Positions 38,847 through 52,800 of a stretch of 64,000 nucleotides of DNA are shown in pieces (position 1 is the first letter of the stretch; each line of letters starts with the position of its first letter). The translations under genes were made by a program, and so were the position numbers. The stretch is from Anaeramoeba ignava BMAN (Eukaryota; Protista; Anaeramoebae): contig JAPDFW010000078.1 in NCBI GenBank assembly GCA_028826165.1, forward strand, positions 1 through 64,000, written 5' to 3'. The notes beneath the pieces were generated by a model, which was given only the letters and a program-made list of their open reading frames with translations, was not told the origin of the DNA and searched no databases.

Positions 38847-38982
38847 TAAATAAATAAATTTTAAATAAATTAATTTTAATTTTAATTTTATAAATTAATT
38901 TTAATTTTGTTTTGACATTCTCTTTATTGATTCTTTATTCGGAAATATTTTTTTTTTGTAAAAAATAAGAAAGTTTTCTCTT

Positions 38983-41900
38983 TCAATCTTTTTTGCATCT
39001 GACAAGAAGATTAAGATCAATAATACGCATATCGTCAGACATTTTAACAATTCCATAATTACCATCAATACCAGCAAGTTCACCACCTTCACCTTCATGC
39101 TCACCATCGAAAATCTTGACATAATCATTTTTCTCAGGATTTTCACGAGTCAAATTATCAACGGAAATAGTGCTTCTAGATCCATCTTTTGGGAGATAAA
39201 CAACAGCAGTATGCTCATTAGTCTGGACAGACTCAACAACACCTTCTTGATCCTCAACATTTGCACCTTGGACAACAACAGAGGCGCCGAGGAAGCACCA
39301 TTTGGGGATTGCGGATTGTCCGATGATTGGGGTTTTTGGATTGAGTTGTTGGTCTTCTGGAAGAGAGAAGAAAGAATATTGCCCGGTTGTGGGTGTTTTG
39401 ACTGTTTGAGTTGGTGTTTGAATAAGTGGTGTTGTTGTCATTGTGGGTGTGTTTGGTGTTTGGGCGAAGAGGCCTGGAGTCGATGTTGTCGGGAAAGACA
39501 TTGGTGTTCCTATTGACGGAGACACAAGAGCGTGGGGATAGCTCATTGGGGTTGTGACGGTTGGGGTTTCGATGGAGGTTGTTGATGAAGTAAGAGGGAT
39601 ATTAGGAGTTTGTGAGAAATTAGTAGGTGTTCCAGTGCCAAGTTGGTGTGGACGAGGATTCCAAATTTCGTTTGTAACAAGTGGGGTTCGATCTGGTTCG
39701 TATCCTGGAGTTCTATCACCATATCCTGGAGTTCTTCCTCCATATCCTGGAGTTTGTCCACCATATCCTGGTGTTTGTCCACCATATCCTGGAGTTTGTC
39801 CGCCATATCCTGGTGTTTGTCCTCCATATCCTGGAGTTTGTCCGCCATATCCTGGTGTTCTTCCTTCAAGCCATGGTGTTGTAATTCCAGGAGAATTTTC
39901 TGTTGAAATTCCTGAACGTGATCTTGTTGGTTGTTTTCCCGATATCATTAAACTCGTTTTCGGAACACGAATAACGCGCGAATTTGCGCTTAATTGAACA
40001 GACGCTTCGTTTTCTGTTACGGATACAACGAATCCAATGTATCCCTTATAATTTCCAAGTTTAATTTTCACAGTTGCTCCTAAAAACTCATCGGATACTC
40101 CGCGCATCCTGATAGACCCTCCTGGTGTTTTTGAGAGAAGAGAGTCAAGCATGGGTTTTGTGTTCAGAGACTCCACACTCCGTGAAGTAACCACAAACAC
40201 GCCTGCATTATCAAGATGTCTTGGTGCGTGGAGAAATAAATACGCTTTATAAATATGTCTGATCTTTGCCTGTTGTGCAGGTGCATTTGGAAGATTGATC
40301 TTAACAAGATCTCCCACTGTGATTTTGTTGTGAGTTGAATCTACGGTTTCTGCGCGCGGGTTGTTCCGTTTGCAGACGATTTCGTGAGGCTTAACAATGC
40401 GGACTGAACCGAGTTGATCAAGCACTTTGAATGTTTCCTCATCGCGGAGGATCTGGACGATGATCCCAACGGTTTGTTGGTCGAGTTGTATAAGATCAAA
40501 GAGGGAGTATTGGAGATAGGATTCTTGACCGGTGGTGATCTCGTTGGACATCTGGATGTCGTTGACAAAGACCTCGATTTGCTCGTTTGCAGAGTCGGTT
40601 AAAATCGTTGCGAGATTTGAGTGTGTATGGATCACTGTACCGGTCTCACCACGCCTAGTTGCGCCTGTCACAATCTTGACATGATCGCCCTGATTGAAAT
40701 CCTTGACAAGTTCTGTTTCTAAGAGATCAATATCGTCTTGGAAATACTTTATAAAAGGCGTCACTTTGACTTGATCGCCTGTTACAGACTTCACGATCCC
40801 CTTCATGTTTGTAAGATCGCCCTCAATGACCCGCACAGGATCTCCCTTCTGGAACACTGTTCTTCGCTGCGGAAGATGCGACATCAACGACAATCCCAAA
40901 CGCCCAAGTGAGGATCTTGCGCGAGTTGGTTCGCGACTGCGGTTCTCCCCATCGCCGTGCTCTTCTCCTTCTCCCTCTTGCATATCCTCCGTCTCCATCG
41001 TATCCCGTCCCATTCCTCCCGTGTTTCCGTGCGTGAATATCTCAATTTCATCAACACTGGGTTGGATGTCTGATGTGGAGATGCTTTTGAGTGACATTGT
41101 TTTGTGAAGATATCCGTCCTTGAACCACTCACCGTTGAAAACCTCGAATTGCTCTCCGCGACGATTACGTTTTGTCTCGATCTCACGTTTCATTTCAAGC
41201 AGTTTTTCGCGGTCAAAAAAGCGTTGAGGCGGACGGGTTGTTTTTTTACGTTTCTTAGAATTTTTCTTTTCATTTTGGGAATTTTGATCCGATTTTTCGT
41301 CTTTTTGATTTGATTGTTTGTCATCATGATCATTTTCGTCATTTTTCGCACCGTCCTTTTTGCCAGTGCCTTTTTTCTTGATGCGCTCATAATCAATGCG
41401 CGGGACGATCTTGACGGTGACCTTTCCGTTGAGATCGGGGTCAACAACTTGAGCCAGATCGCCTCTATATGTGCCTCTAGTGATCCTAACAAACGAGCCT
41501 GGCGCAAGACGGGTTGCTTGTTTCTTGACGCGAAGGATATTGACCATATTATCAATTTCAACGAGCTTAATTCTATGCAGAAGATGCGCCAGTCCATCCA
41601 CTGCTTGGCGCACATGAGGCTCGCTACGTGCCTCGACAAAGACAGATCCCTTCATCCCAGCTTGATAAAATGCCGACATGATCCTTAGCCGTTGGTTGCT
41701 CTCCCGCAGATTGATACTCTTCTGCATCAGGTAACTCACCACAAACCACTCCTTCCCGTGTTTGCACTTGATATGAAACAACTTAGGGTCCTTTATTGTC
41801 GGAAGAAGTGACTCTTGTTCAATCGCATCCCGCTCTCCGGACCGTGATTGCGCTATACGGATCTGCTCCTCTTGCATGTTTTCCTTCTCCATCTCACGCA

Positions 41901-42378
41901 TATAGTCCTTATGCTGCTCCTCAATCTGTTTCGCCATCTCTTTGCTCTTCTGGTAGTCTTCGTTCGTCAGGTTGGGACGATAAATCGCTCGGTTCCCCAT
42001 TGTGTCAATGTCTTCGTCTTCACCTTCCCCAACTTCGTTCTCGTAGCTGTCATTGTCAATTTCATTGTCACTTTCTTCTCCGCTTACACTGATGTTACTT
42101 TCATCTTCATCAGCTTCAACGTCAAGCATCGCAGAAATGTCAAGTGATTGTCCTTTGCTTTTGCTTTTGTTTTTGTTTTTGTTTTTGTTTTTGTTTTTGT
42201 TTTTGTTTGTACGTCTTCTTTTTATTTCATTTTCATTTTGATTTTCATTTTGATTTTGATTTTGATTTTGATTTTCATTTTCATTTTCATTTTCATTTTC
42301 ATTTTGTGAATCTATTTCAAAATCTTCAATTTCATCATTATCTAATTCAGATGATAAATCTTCATCGTTACTTGACAT
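38983..42378 (-). CDS. SPT5: Transcription elongation factor SPT5, intronless
   Basis: Acidic N-terminus, LLPTIKDPKLF, NGN (KGSVFVEA), KOW motifs (RGTYRGDLAQV, KLGNYKGYIG), RPPQRFFD, CTR heptads G(Q/R)TPGYG. Confidence 0.96.
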   Translation of the reverse strand: MSSNDEDLSSELDNDEIEDFEIDSQNENENENENENQNQNQNQNENQNENEIKRRRTNKNKNKNKNKNKNKSKSKGQSLDISAMLDVEADEDESNISVSGEESDNEIDNDSYENEVGEGEDEDIDTMGNRAIYRPNLTNEDYQKSKEMAKQIEEQHKDYMREMEKENMQEEQIRIAQSRSGERDAIEQESLLPTIKDPKLFHIKCKHGKEWFVVSYLMQKSINLRESNQRLRIMSAFYQAGMKGSVFVEARSEPHVRQAVDGLAHLLHRIKLVEIDNMVNILRVKKQATRLAPGSFVRITRGTYRGDLAQVVDPDLNGKVTVKIVPRIDYERIKKKGTGKKDGAKNDENDHDDKQSNQKDEKSDQNSQNEKKNSKKRKKTTRPPQRFFDREKLLEMKREIETKRNRRGEQFEVFNGEWFKDGYLHKTMSLKSISTSDIQPSVDEIEIFTHGNTGGMGRDTMETEDMQEGEGEEHGDGENRSREPTRARSSLGRLGLSLMSHLPQRRTVFQKGDPVRVIEGDLTNMKGIVKSVTGDQVKVTPFIKYFQDDIDLLETELVKDFNQGDHVKIVTGATRRGETGTVIHTHSNLATILTDSANEQIEVFVNDIQMSNEITTGQESYLQYSLFDLIQLDQQTVGIIVQILRDEETFKVLDQLGSVRIVKPHEIVCKRNNPRAETVDSTHNKITVGDLVKINLPNAPAQQAKIRHIYKAYLFLHAPRHLDNAGVFVVTSRSVESLNTKPMLDSLLSKTPGGSIRMRGVSDEFLGATVKIKLGNYKGYIGFVVSVTENEASVQLSANSRVIRVPKTSLMISGKQPTRSRSGISTENSPGITTPWLEGRTPGYGGQTPGYGGQTPGYGGQTPGYGGQTPGYGGQTPGYGGRTPGYGDRTPGYEPDRTPLVTNEIWNPRPHQLGTGTPTNFSQTPNIPLTSSTTSIETPTVTTPMSYPHALVSPSIGTPMSFPTTSTPGLFAQTPNTPTMTTTPLIQTPTQTVKTPTTGQYSFFSLPEDQQLNPKTPIIGQSAIPKWCFLGASVVVQGANVEDQEGVVESVQTNEHTAVVYLPKDGSRSTISVDNLTRENPEKNDYVKIFDGEHEGEGGELAGIDGNYGIVKMSDDMRIIDLNLLVRCKKD
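39695..39862 (-). repeat. 21-bp coding tandem repeat encoding the SPT5 CTR heptad TPGYGG(Q/R), about 8 copies
   Basis: ccatatcctggWgtttgtcc periodicity on the + strand. Confidence 0.9.
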
Positions 42379-42454
42379 TTTATTTCTTTCAATAAAATAA
42401 TAAAATAATTAAAAAAAAAGGAAAAAAATGAAAAAAATTTATTTTAAAAAAATA

Positions 42455-42611
42455 ATTTTATTTTAACAGTTTTTATTTTGTAATTTTATTTTTTGTAATT
42501 AATTTTTATCAAAAAACAAAATCACTTTAACTGTCTTTTATATTTATTATATTTCTCTGCAAGGGGAGTAGGTATAGAAAATATGTTTAACAATACCGAT
42601 ATTATCTTGCA
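42455..42611 (-). ncRNA. Candidate two-hairpin H/ACA-like snoRNA
   Basis: Hairpin 1 TGCAAG/CTTGCA with inner GGTAT/ATACC and an internal loop containing TACTCCCC; ANANNA-type hinge; hairpin 2 ACAGTT/AACTGT; no canonical terminal ACA. Confidence 0.35.
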
Positions 42612-42699
42612 AAAAACAAAAAATGTTTAATTTTTTGTGAAACTTAAAATGAAATTTTTAATTTTGAAAAAAAAAATTTTTTTAAAATAAAAAATAAAA

Positions 42700-43240
42700 A
42701 TAAAAATAAAAAATTAAAATAAAAATAAAAATAAATTTTAAAATTTAATTTTAATTTGAAAATTTTAATTAATTTTAAATTTTAATTTTAATTTTAATTT
42801 TTAAATTTAATTTTAAATTTAATTTTAATTTTAATTTTAATTTTAATTTTAATTTTAATTTTAATTTTAATTTTAATTTGAATTTTAATTTTTAATTTAA
42901 TTTTTTTGAATTTTAATTTTGAATTTTAATTTTAATTTTAATTTGATTTTGATTTTAATTTTAATTTTAATTTTAATTTTAATTTTAATTTTAATTTTAA
43001 TTTTAATTTTAATTTTAATTTTAATTTTAATTTTAAATTTTTAAAATTTTAATTTTTTTAATTTTAAATTTTAATTTTAATTTTTATTTTTTAATTTTTA
43101 ATTTTAATTTTAAATTGAATTTGAATTTGATTTTAATTTTGATTTTAATTTTAATTTTAAATTTAATTTGAATTTTAATTTTAATTTTAATTTTAATTTT
43201 CTTTTTCTTTCTCTTTCGAATTTTAATTTGAATTTTTAAT
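42700..43240. repeat. Intergenic (ttttaa)n array downstream of PDI
   Basis: Directly visible. Confidence 0.8.
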
Positions 43241-43241
43241 T

Positions 43242-44410
<1,169 letters not shown>

Positions 44411-44525
44411 TTAATTAATTAATTAATTTCTTTTTTAAAAAATGAAAAATGAAAAATGAAAAATAAAAAAAAAATTAAAAAAATTTTTTTCATTTTTTTT
44501 CTTTTCTTTTTTTAAATTTTTAAAA

Positions 44526-46659
44526 ATGCAAACTTTAAATCAAACTAAAACTGTAGCTGCTTACGTTCCAATAGATTCAGATAGTGAAGATAGAAAAGAA
44601 TGGATTATCGCAAATATAATTAATTCAACAGAAAACGGATTGTAAGTTTGAAAAAAATAAATTTTTTATTTTAATTTTAATTTTTTAAATTTATTTTATT
44701 TTAGTTTGACTGTAGAAGATCCTTATCCAATGACAAATTCAAGACCTTCAAGATGGATCATCCCAAAATCCCAAGCAATTCGTTTCCCAACAAATGAAAG
44801 AGATTACATTCCTGGAGAACGCATATTGGCTTTATGGTTTGATGAGGATTTGGGTTGGTCAAGTGTTTTTTATGAAGCAGAAATAATTGAAAATAATCAA
44901 TCACAAAATGTTAAAATTACATATAAAGAAGATACAGAAATTCTTTCAATTCCAATCTCAAAAATTATGAAAGTAAACAAACAAACAAAAGAAAGTGGAA
45001 TTCTCCTTTTTCTTTTTCTTTTTCTTTTTTTTTAACGGTTTATAATTTATTTTTAATATAATTTTATTTTTTATTATTATTCTTTAAAAGAAACCTCAAA
45101 TGTTTTCAGAACAAGAATCAAATAGACCTTATAATTCATCTTTCCGTAATAGATCCTTCTTAAAAAAAGAAAATGAACAAGAAAATTCAAGACAAAATCC
45201 TAATAGAGAAGATTCTTCAATTGAAAATTTAAAAAAAAGAAAAAATTTCACAGATAAACCCAGAAAAACATCAAAAAAAGAAAACTCAAAAATCTTTTCA
45301 AATCAAAATTTCCCAATTATAGATCCTTCAAACCCAGAAACAAGGCAGAATATCTTGAGCAAAAAAGACTCAGATCTTACAAAATCACAAAATAATTTAT
45401 CGGATCCAAAAAATCAAAATCCAACTCAAATTGATGATTTAGAAAATCAATCCAAAAATTCTCACTCAAATTTAAATATAGTGTCAAATCAAGATGAAAA
45501 TTTAAATCAACAAAAAGAACAATCAATTCCTTCAAACAATCAAGAGCAATCTCTTCCAAATTCTTTCGATACAAAAAAAGAGTTTCACAAATCAGGTTCA
45601 ATTTCTCCTCAAAACCAAAATCAACAAAATGAACAAAATCAAAATCAAAATCAACAAAATGAAAATCAAAATCAACAAAATCAACAACAAAATGAACAAC
45701 AAAATCAACAACAAAATGAATCCAATTCTCAAATTGATTCTCAAAATATCGAAAACTTGAATAATAATGATAATAAACAAATTATATCAAACGAACAAAA
45801 TGATCAGGAAAATTCTGGAATAATTTATGAATCAAAATCTGATCAAAATGAACAATTTGAAAGTCAAGAAAGTATAAATCAAAATTAAAATTAAAATTAA
45901 AATTCAAATTAAAAACAAAAATGAAATTAAATTAAATTAAATTAAATTTTTAGTTGAAGAAGATTTAGAAAAAAATCATGTTAATAAAAGAGGTTATGAA
46001 GATTCAGTTATTAAAGAACAAAAAGAAAATACTCAAAATATGAATGAAGATTATCGAAATCATAAAAAAAGTGTTAAAATAAGATCAAAAAAACATCAAA
46101 AAAGTAAGTAAATAAAAAATATTTTCAAAATCAATTTAAAAATTAAATTCAAAATCTTGTAATAGAAAAAAATCAATTCAATTATGAACAGTATTTCTTG
46201 TTTAGAGTTATAAGAAAAGGAAAACCTCTTCCTGGATTCCTTCCTTTTGAAGAAGATGAAGATCAAGACGAAAATGAAAATGAAAATCAAAATCAAAATG
46301 AAAATCAAAATGAAAATCAAAATGAAAATCAAAATCAAAATCAAGATGAAAATCAAAATGAAAATCAAAATCAAAATGAAAATCAAAATGAAAATCAAAA
46401 TCAAAATGAAAATGAAAATGAAAATGAAAATGAAAATGAAAATGAAAATGAAAATGAAAATGAAAATCAAAACGGAAATGGAATGCAAATTGAAGATCAA
46501 TCTTCTGAAAAAAATGAACATCAAATTAAAAGAACCAAAATAAATCCAAAAGAAAAACAAAATGATTCTTCTCAAGAATTAGAATCAAAATCAAAAAAAA
46601 TTGGAGTAACTGCAAAAAAATTTGAAAATTTTCTTCAAAATCAAAAACAATCAAATTAA
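44526..46659 (+). CDS. SGF29-like tandem Tudor protein with long N/Q/E low-complexity tail, 5 exons
   Basis: VAAY..EWIIANI..TVEDP..GERILALW..SSVFYEAEII resembles the SGF29 Tudor; splice junctions are in phase. Confidence 0.65.
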
Positions 46660-46814
46660 TTTAAGATAAAAAAAGGAAAAATATTTGTATTCATTTTTAT
46701 TTTAAAAATCAAAATAAATAATAAACAAAAAAGAAGAAATTTAATTTTCCTTTTTTTATTTAAATTCCACTTTTTTTTTTCATTTTTTTTCATTTTATTT
46801 TTTTATAAAAACAA

Positions 46815-49800
46815 ATGCAACAACATTCACACAAAACTACACACAAAAACACACACAAAAAAACACACAAACACTCAAAAGAAAAATCAAAAGAAAACTC
46901 AAAAGAAAACACAAAAGAAAACTCAAAAGAAAACTCAAAAGAAAACTCAAAAGAAAAAACAAACACAACACTCAAAAGAAAAATCAAAAGAAAAATCAAA
47001 AAAATCAAAATCAAAAGAAAAATCAAATCAAAAAGAAAAAGAAATTTTATGTTGGATAGACCTAGAATTATTGGAAAAAGATTTAGATGTTGGTAAAATT
47101 ATTGGTGATAAATGGAAATTTGAGAAAAAAAAAACAAACCTTTTTGAAGATAATCTTTTCTTAATAGAAATTATTGACAAAAAACAAAATCCAAATTTGA
47201 AATTCCCAAATGAAACAAAGGATAAGAATTTATTTAAAAAATTACTTGAAAATTCTCACTCAATATTGTATGGATGCTTTAAGGAAACCAATTCTTTTAT
47301 TCAAACAGAAATTTTATGCTTTCTTTATCAAGAATGCTTTTTATCTTTTGATTCCAATACAAAAAAACAAGAAAAAGATGATCCAAATAATTTCCAAAAA
47401 ATAAATTCCTTTTTATCTGGAATACAAAAATATTTAAAAATACAAAATAATTTCCAAAAAAAAAAACCAAATATTCTTGATCACGAACTCGAACCATTCT
47501 TTACAAAAATTGAGTCACAAAAAATAACTGATATCGACAAGATTACTGCTTTCTTTTTAATTCCCTCTGATTCATTAGATCGTGAATTCTTTAATTCTTT
47601 CATTTGCTCTAATAATAATAACTCAAACCAATCAATTTTTCAAATTCAAAAAGCCGATTCCCAAAATAAAAATGATAAAGATGAACAAAATATTGAATTA
47701 TCAAAGAAAAAAATTTATGAAATATCAAATAGAATAGAACAATTTTTTCAAACAAAATCTCAAAACATAAATGAATACAAAATCCATCTAAAAAAACATA
47801 TCGAATTGATTCATTTTCAAAAAACTCCTCTCTTTATACACTTTTATCCTCTCTTTGACAGTCAAAATATAGAATTCAATCATTCTTTTTTCAAAACAAA
47901 ATATGAAGATTCATCCATTTTGGAAGAGATATCTGAATTACGTAAAATAAATCCAAAAATAGCGTTGAAAGCTTATAAGGAATTTTATGATTACAAATTT
48001 GATCCAATAAACAATAATTTTCAAAAACTATCCACTAATATTCAAAATAATACTGATTTTTTTGGAGAGATACTTGCAAAAACTTTACCTTTTAGTCATT
48101 GGATTGAACAAGTTATTCAACTTGATGAAAATATCAAAAAACCAAATGAAAAATCAAAAACTCCAAAAGAATACTTAGAAGAAATTATTGATTCTCAATT
48201 TTTTGTTAAAAATCAACAAATTAAATCATTTGAAATAGTTTCTAAAGTGATGAAATTTTGTGAAAAAGAATATCAAGAAGCAACTCAAAATGAAGAAGAA
48301 AGAAAACAAATTTTAAAAATAAAAAAATTACTTATGGTATTCCTTTAAGTTTACAAATTTCATCTTGGAAGAATTATATACAAAATTATTTCCCAAAAGA
48401 AAATGAATCTTTTCTTGAATTTTTAAATGAAGAAAAAGAAAAACACATTCATTGGTATTTAAAATTAAAATGGTTCAAAGAAATTCCAAAAATTGAAGAA
48501 TATCAAAAAAACTTTTTAAAAGAAGTTCAAATTAAAGCAGATCAAATAGACTTTTTAAATCAAATTCAAAAAATTGATAATGAAATTGAAATATTTCTTC
48601 AAAATTCAAATAAATTTGAAATTTCTTATATTGAAATTTGTTTATTTGTGAAAAATATGGATATTATTACACCTGAAATTTGGGATTTATATCCAAAAAT
48701 ATATACTCAAGAATTTAAAAATAAAATTAAATCAAAAGAAAAAGAATTAACATATCAAAAAGGAACTTTAGAAAATTGGATCAACACAATCAAATCAGAA
48801 TTATTTCCTAATTTATATTTCCAATACACAATCAACTGTTTTTATAATCCAAAAGTATTTATTTCAATTTTAGATCAAGATATTTTTAAAATTAAATCAA
48901 TAACATTTGAAAACAAAGATGGTTTTTATCTTCTTAGATCAACTATAAATTTATATGAAAGTGAAATTTTTCAACAACATTGTTTTAAAAAAATTCTTCA
49001 ACAAAATCAAAATCAAAATCAAAATCAAAATCAAAATCAAAATCAAAATCAAATTCAAAAATCAAAATCAAAATCAAATTCAAAATCAAAATCAAAATCA
49101 AAATCAAAATCAAATTCAAAATGAAACTCTTCAAAAAACCAAATTATTACCAAAAGTAATTATTGAATGGGATTGTATTGCTGATTTAATTTTTTCAAAA
49201 AAAATAAAATTTCAAGATTTAAATATAATTTTTCCTAAAACAATATCAGAAAATTTATTGAAAACGAAATTCAATATTTAGGAGAAAAAAGAAGAAAAGA
49301 AGCTTTTAAAAATATAAAACACATTGTTGAAGAAATTTTTAAATATATAAATTATTGGGATAAATTACCAAAATATAATTGGATTAGTACTTTCTTTTCT
49401 TTTTTCACCTTTCCAAAAGATTATAAAGAGTTTTTTGAAGAAGAATGGCAAAACAATCAAATACTTCAATATTTAAATAACTTGTTCAATATGTTAAATG
49501 AATTAGATATTCTTAATACTGAACCAATAAATGATTTTAAAGATTTTTTTAGTACAAAATCTAAATCAATAATTTCCAAGTTATTTAAACCTTTGTATGA
49601 ATTACTAAAAACAGAAACTTACAAAAAATTTCTTATGAAAATGAATCACTTTTCAAATTTTGATGAGTTTAATTCAGTCTTTCGATTTATTAAAGTTCAA
49701 GAAAGGACGCAAGATTATATTTCCAAGAAATATTTTAATAATTTCAGGGAACAAATCGATCTTATTGTAAAATCTGAAAAAGAAGCAAGAGAACATCAAC

Positions 49801-52800
49801 GCTTTAGTTTTGAAGAATCATTTAGTCATTCACAAAAAATTGAAGATTTATTATCAAAAATATATTTAAAAAATGAGGATGAAAAAGAAAAAATGGATCA
49901 GTCATTAAATTTCTCATCAAAAGAAGAGGAAATATTCTTCCTTAAATTTCAAGATAAATTTCAAATTCCAAATTTCTATACTTGGAATCAAGAACTTAAC
50001 AAAGTTTATGAAAAATTCCCTCAAATTTCAATTTTTTCAATGGATCAATTTCATTCAATTATGAAATTTTATTTTTCTCATCAAAAAACAATTAAAGATA
50101 AACTTATAAATCTTTTTCATTCTATAAATCCTGTTCTTCAAATCAAGTCTATCGAAAAATTTAAAATCGAACAAAATGAGGATTTTAACTTGATGGAATT
50201 TGTTCAAAAATTATCAAAATTAATTTCATTAAAAAAGTCAATCAAAAAAAGAGTAATTAAATTAGACAAAGAAGATATGGAAGAAATTGAAATTAATTTA
50301 CAAAAAAAGTCAACACAAGAGAAATCGGTCTTCTTCTATAGATTAGAAAATGAAACACAAGTTTATGATATCGCCACATATTTTTATTTTATGCATTGTG
50401 GATACTTTCCTTTAAAAGAAAATGTTTTAATTTGCAATCAGAAAAATACCAAAGAATCTGATATTATAAATTTCTTCAATATTTATCAGTTTTATAGCAA
50501 AAATCTTAAATCAAAAACATTTCCAGATTTCTTGTTTTCGATTTTTCATCCTCAGAGATTATCAAGAGAATGCACAAATATACTAATTCAAAAAATCAAA
50601 GAATTTTCCTATGAAACAAAATTTCCATTAGTAATATTTTTCTATGAAAATGAAGTTGGAGATTTTGATCTTGTTAAACATTTCCCAGAATATTTGATTT
50701 CAAGACAAATTGAAAAAATCCCAAAACAATCAATCAAAAGTATTTTCCAAAAAAAATCTCAAATTGACAAAAAAAATATTTTAGTATTCACATCATCAGT
50801 TGCAGGAAATGGAAAAACTTATAATATAAGACGCACATTTTACAAAAATTATAGTAAAGCTGATTATTTCCATATTAATTTAGCAAAAGGAAATACTTCA
50901 GAAATACTTGAGAAAATGGATCTAATTCTTCAAAACCACAACAAAGAAAAAGAAGCTTCTCATTTCATTCATATTGGTTTACCTTTCCTTCCTAAATTAG
51001 AAACTTTGGATTTTCTTTGGACTCTTTCAATGTGGAATTCAATTGAAAACAAAAGGAAAATGAAACAAAACTTTATTTGGAGTTTGAAAGATCATTCTAA
51101 TGATATTTTGGTATTTGAAATACCAAGCAACAGAAAAGAAAATTCACAAAATGGTTTAAATTATTTCCCTCCTCTTACATATTACAATTCTATCATTAAC
51201 TGTGAATTTGTTTCTGATGTGTTTTCTTTCAATCAATACAAAATCAATTCAGAGAATAAAATAGAAAAACAAAAAGATACAGAATTAATAGAAGCTATCC
51301 AAAATATAAAGTTGGAACAAAAATTAGATAAGGAAAACTTTTTCAACTTTTTGAAATCAGAATTACACAAGAAATTACCAGGTCAGCCAATAACTTTTAG
51401 ACTTTTTTCTAATTTTTCTTCTTTATTGAAAAAAAGTATCAATCTTGTGGATAAATCATATTTGGATTCAGAATATACAATGAGTGAATATTTGGGTTTT
51501 CTAGTTAATATCGTGACTCATTTTCTGAAATGGACTACTAAGGTTATTAAATCAAATGAAACTGATGATTTATTAGAATTACTTAAAGATAAGATTAATT
51601 GGGAAGCACGATCTATTTTTTTCTCAGAATTTTTCAAAAAAAATTTCAAAAAAAATTTCAAAAATCTAAATCAAAAATCAAAATCAAAATGATTTTCATA
51701 AATACAAATTTAAAATGGAACCAAAACTTATTGAGCAAATCCCACAAAGAATCTTTTATAATAACTTTTCAATTCCTAAAGAAAATAAATTAAAATTATT
51801 TTATATTAATTTCCGTCTATCTTCAAATTTACCAGTTATTTTAATTACTTCTAAAAATGACCATGAACCTGCAATCTTAATTGATTATTTAACACAAAAA
51901 ATTTTAAATCAACAACTAATTATCCAAAATATTAATTTCTTAGTTACAAAAAATGATATTGAAAAGATTATTCACAATGCAGAAAACATTATAGAAAAAG
52001 ATCAAAAATCAAAAGTTAATGTTTTCTTCAATGAATTTAACACAGGATCAAAAGAATGCATAATGTTATTGAAGGAAATATTATTTGATCATTCTTTTCA
52101 AGGGAAACAATTATCAGAAAGAATAAATTTCTTGGCTTCTTATATTATTTTTCCTCAAAAATACTATTTTCACAAAGACAAAAAACAGAGTAAAATCGAT
52201 TCAAATAATTTCATTCAAATAATGAGATATCATCAAAAATTTTCTCAACCTCAATTAATTCCTGATTCATTTTTTGAAGATATTTATGATTTTGGAAACT
52301 CAACATCTATATTCTATGAAACATTTGAATTTAACTTAATAAAATCAATACTTTTGAATACAAATTTTAAAGTAAAATATCCTAATTCTGTGTTTGAATT
52401 TCTATCCACAATCATTTTATTTGCCAGAAATTATTATCCAAAAAATGATGATACTTTTAATCTTCAGAAATTTGAATTTCAACAAGACATTTTGCAATTC
52501 ACAAAAATACTCTGGTGGTTATTTAACAGTGAAATAGGAAAAGAATTATTTAGTGAATATCAAAGTTTAGAAAGATTTATTTCCACTTCTCTAGTATCTT
52601 TATATATTTCTTATTATTCCAAATTTGATTTAGAATCAAGAAAAAAATTTTGTGAAGATATGAATGATTCTTTTCAACAATATCAAAACTATGAAAAAAA
52701 TCAAGAAATTATAAAAATTTTTAAGAATATAGATATTAAAGAAATTATCAAATCAATTCCAGATCGATTGATTAGCAAATTAAATATTGGAAATTCATTC

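Noticed and set aside
39097-42395. Many overlapping or antisense ORFs across SPT5
   Set aside because: Expected by-product of higher GC and the 21-bp repeat; no recognisable domains
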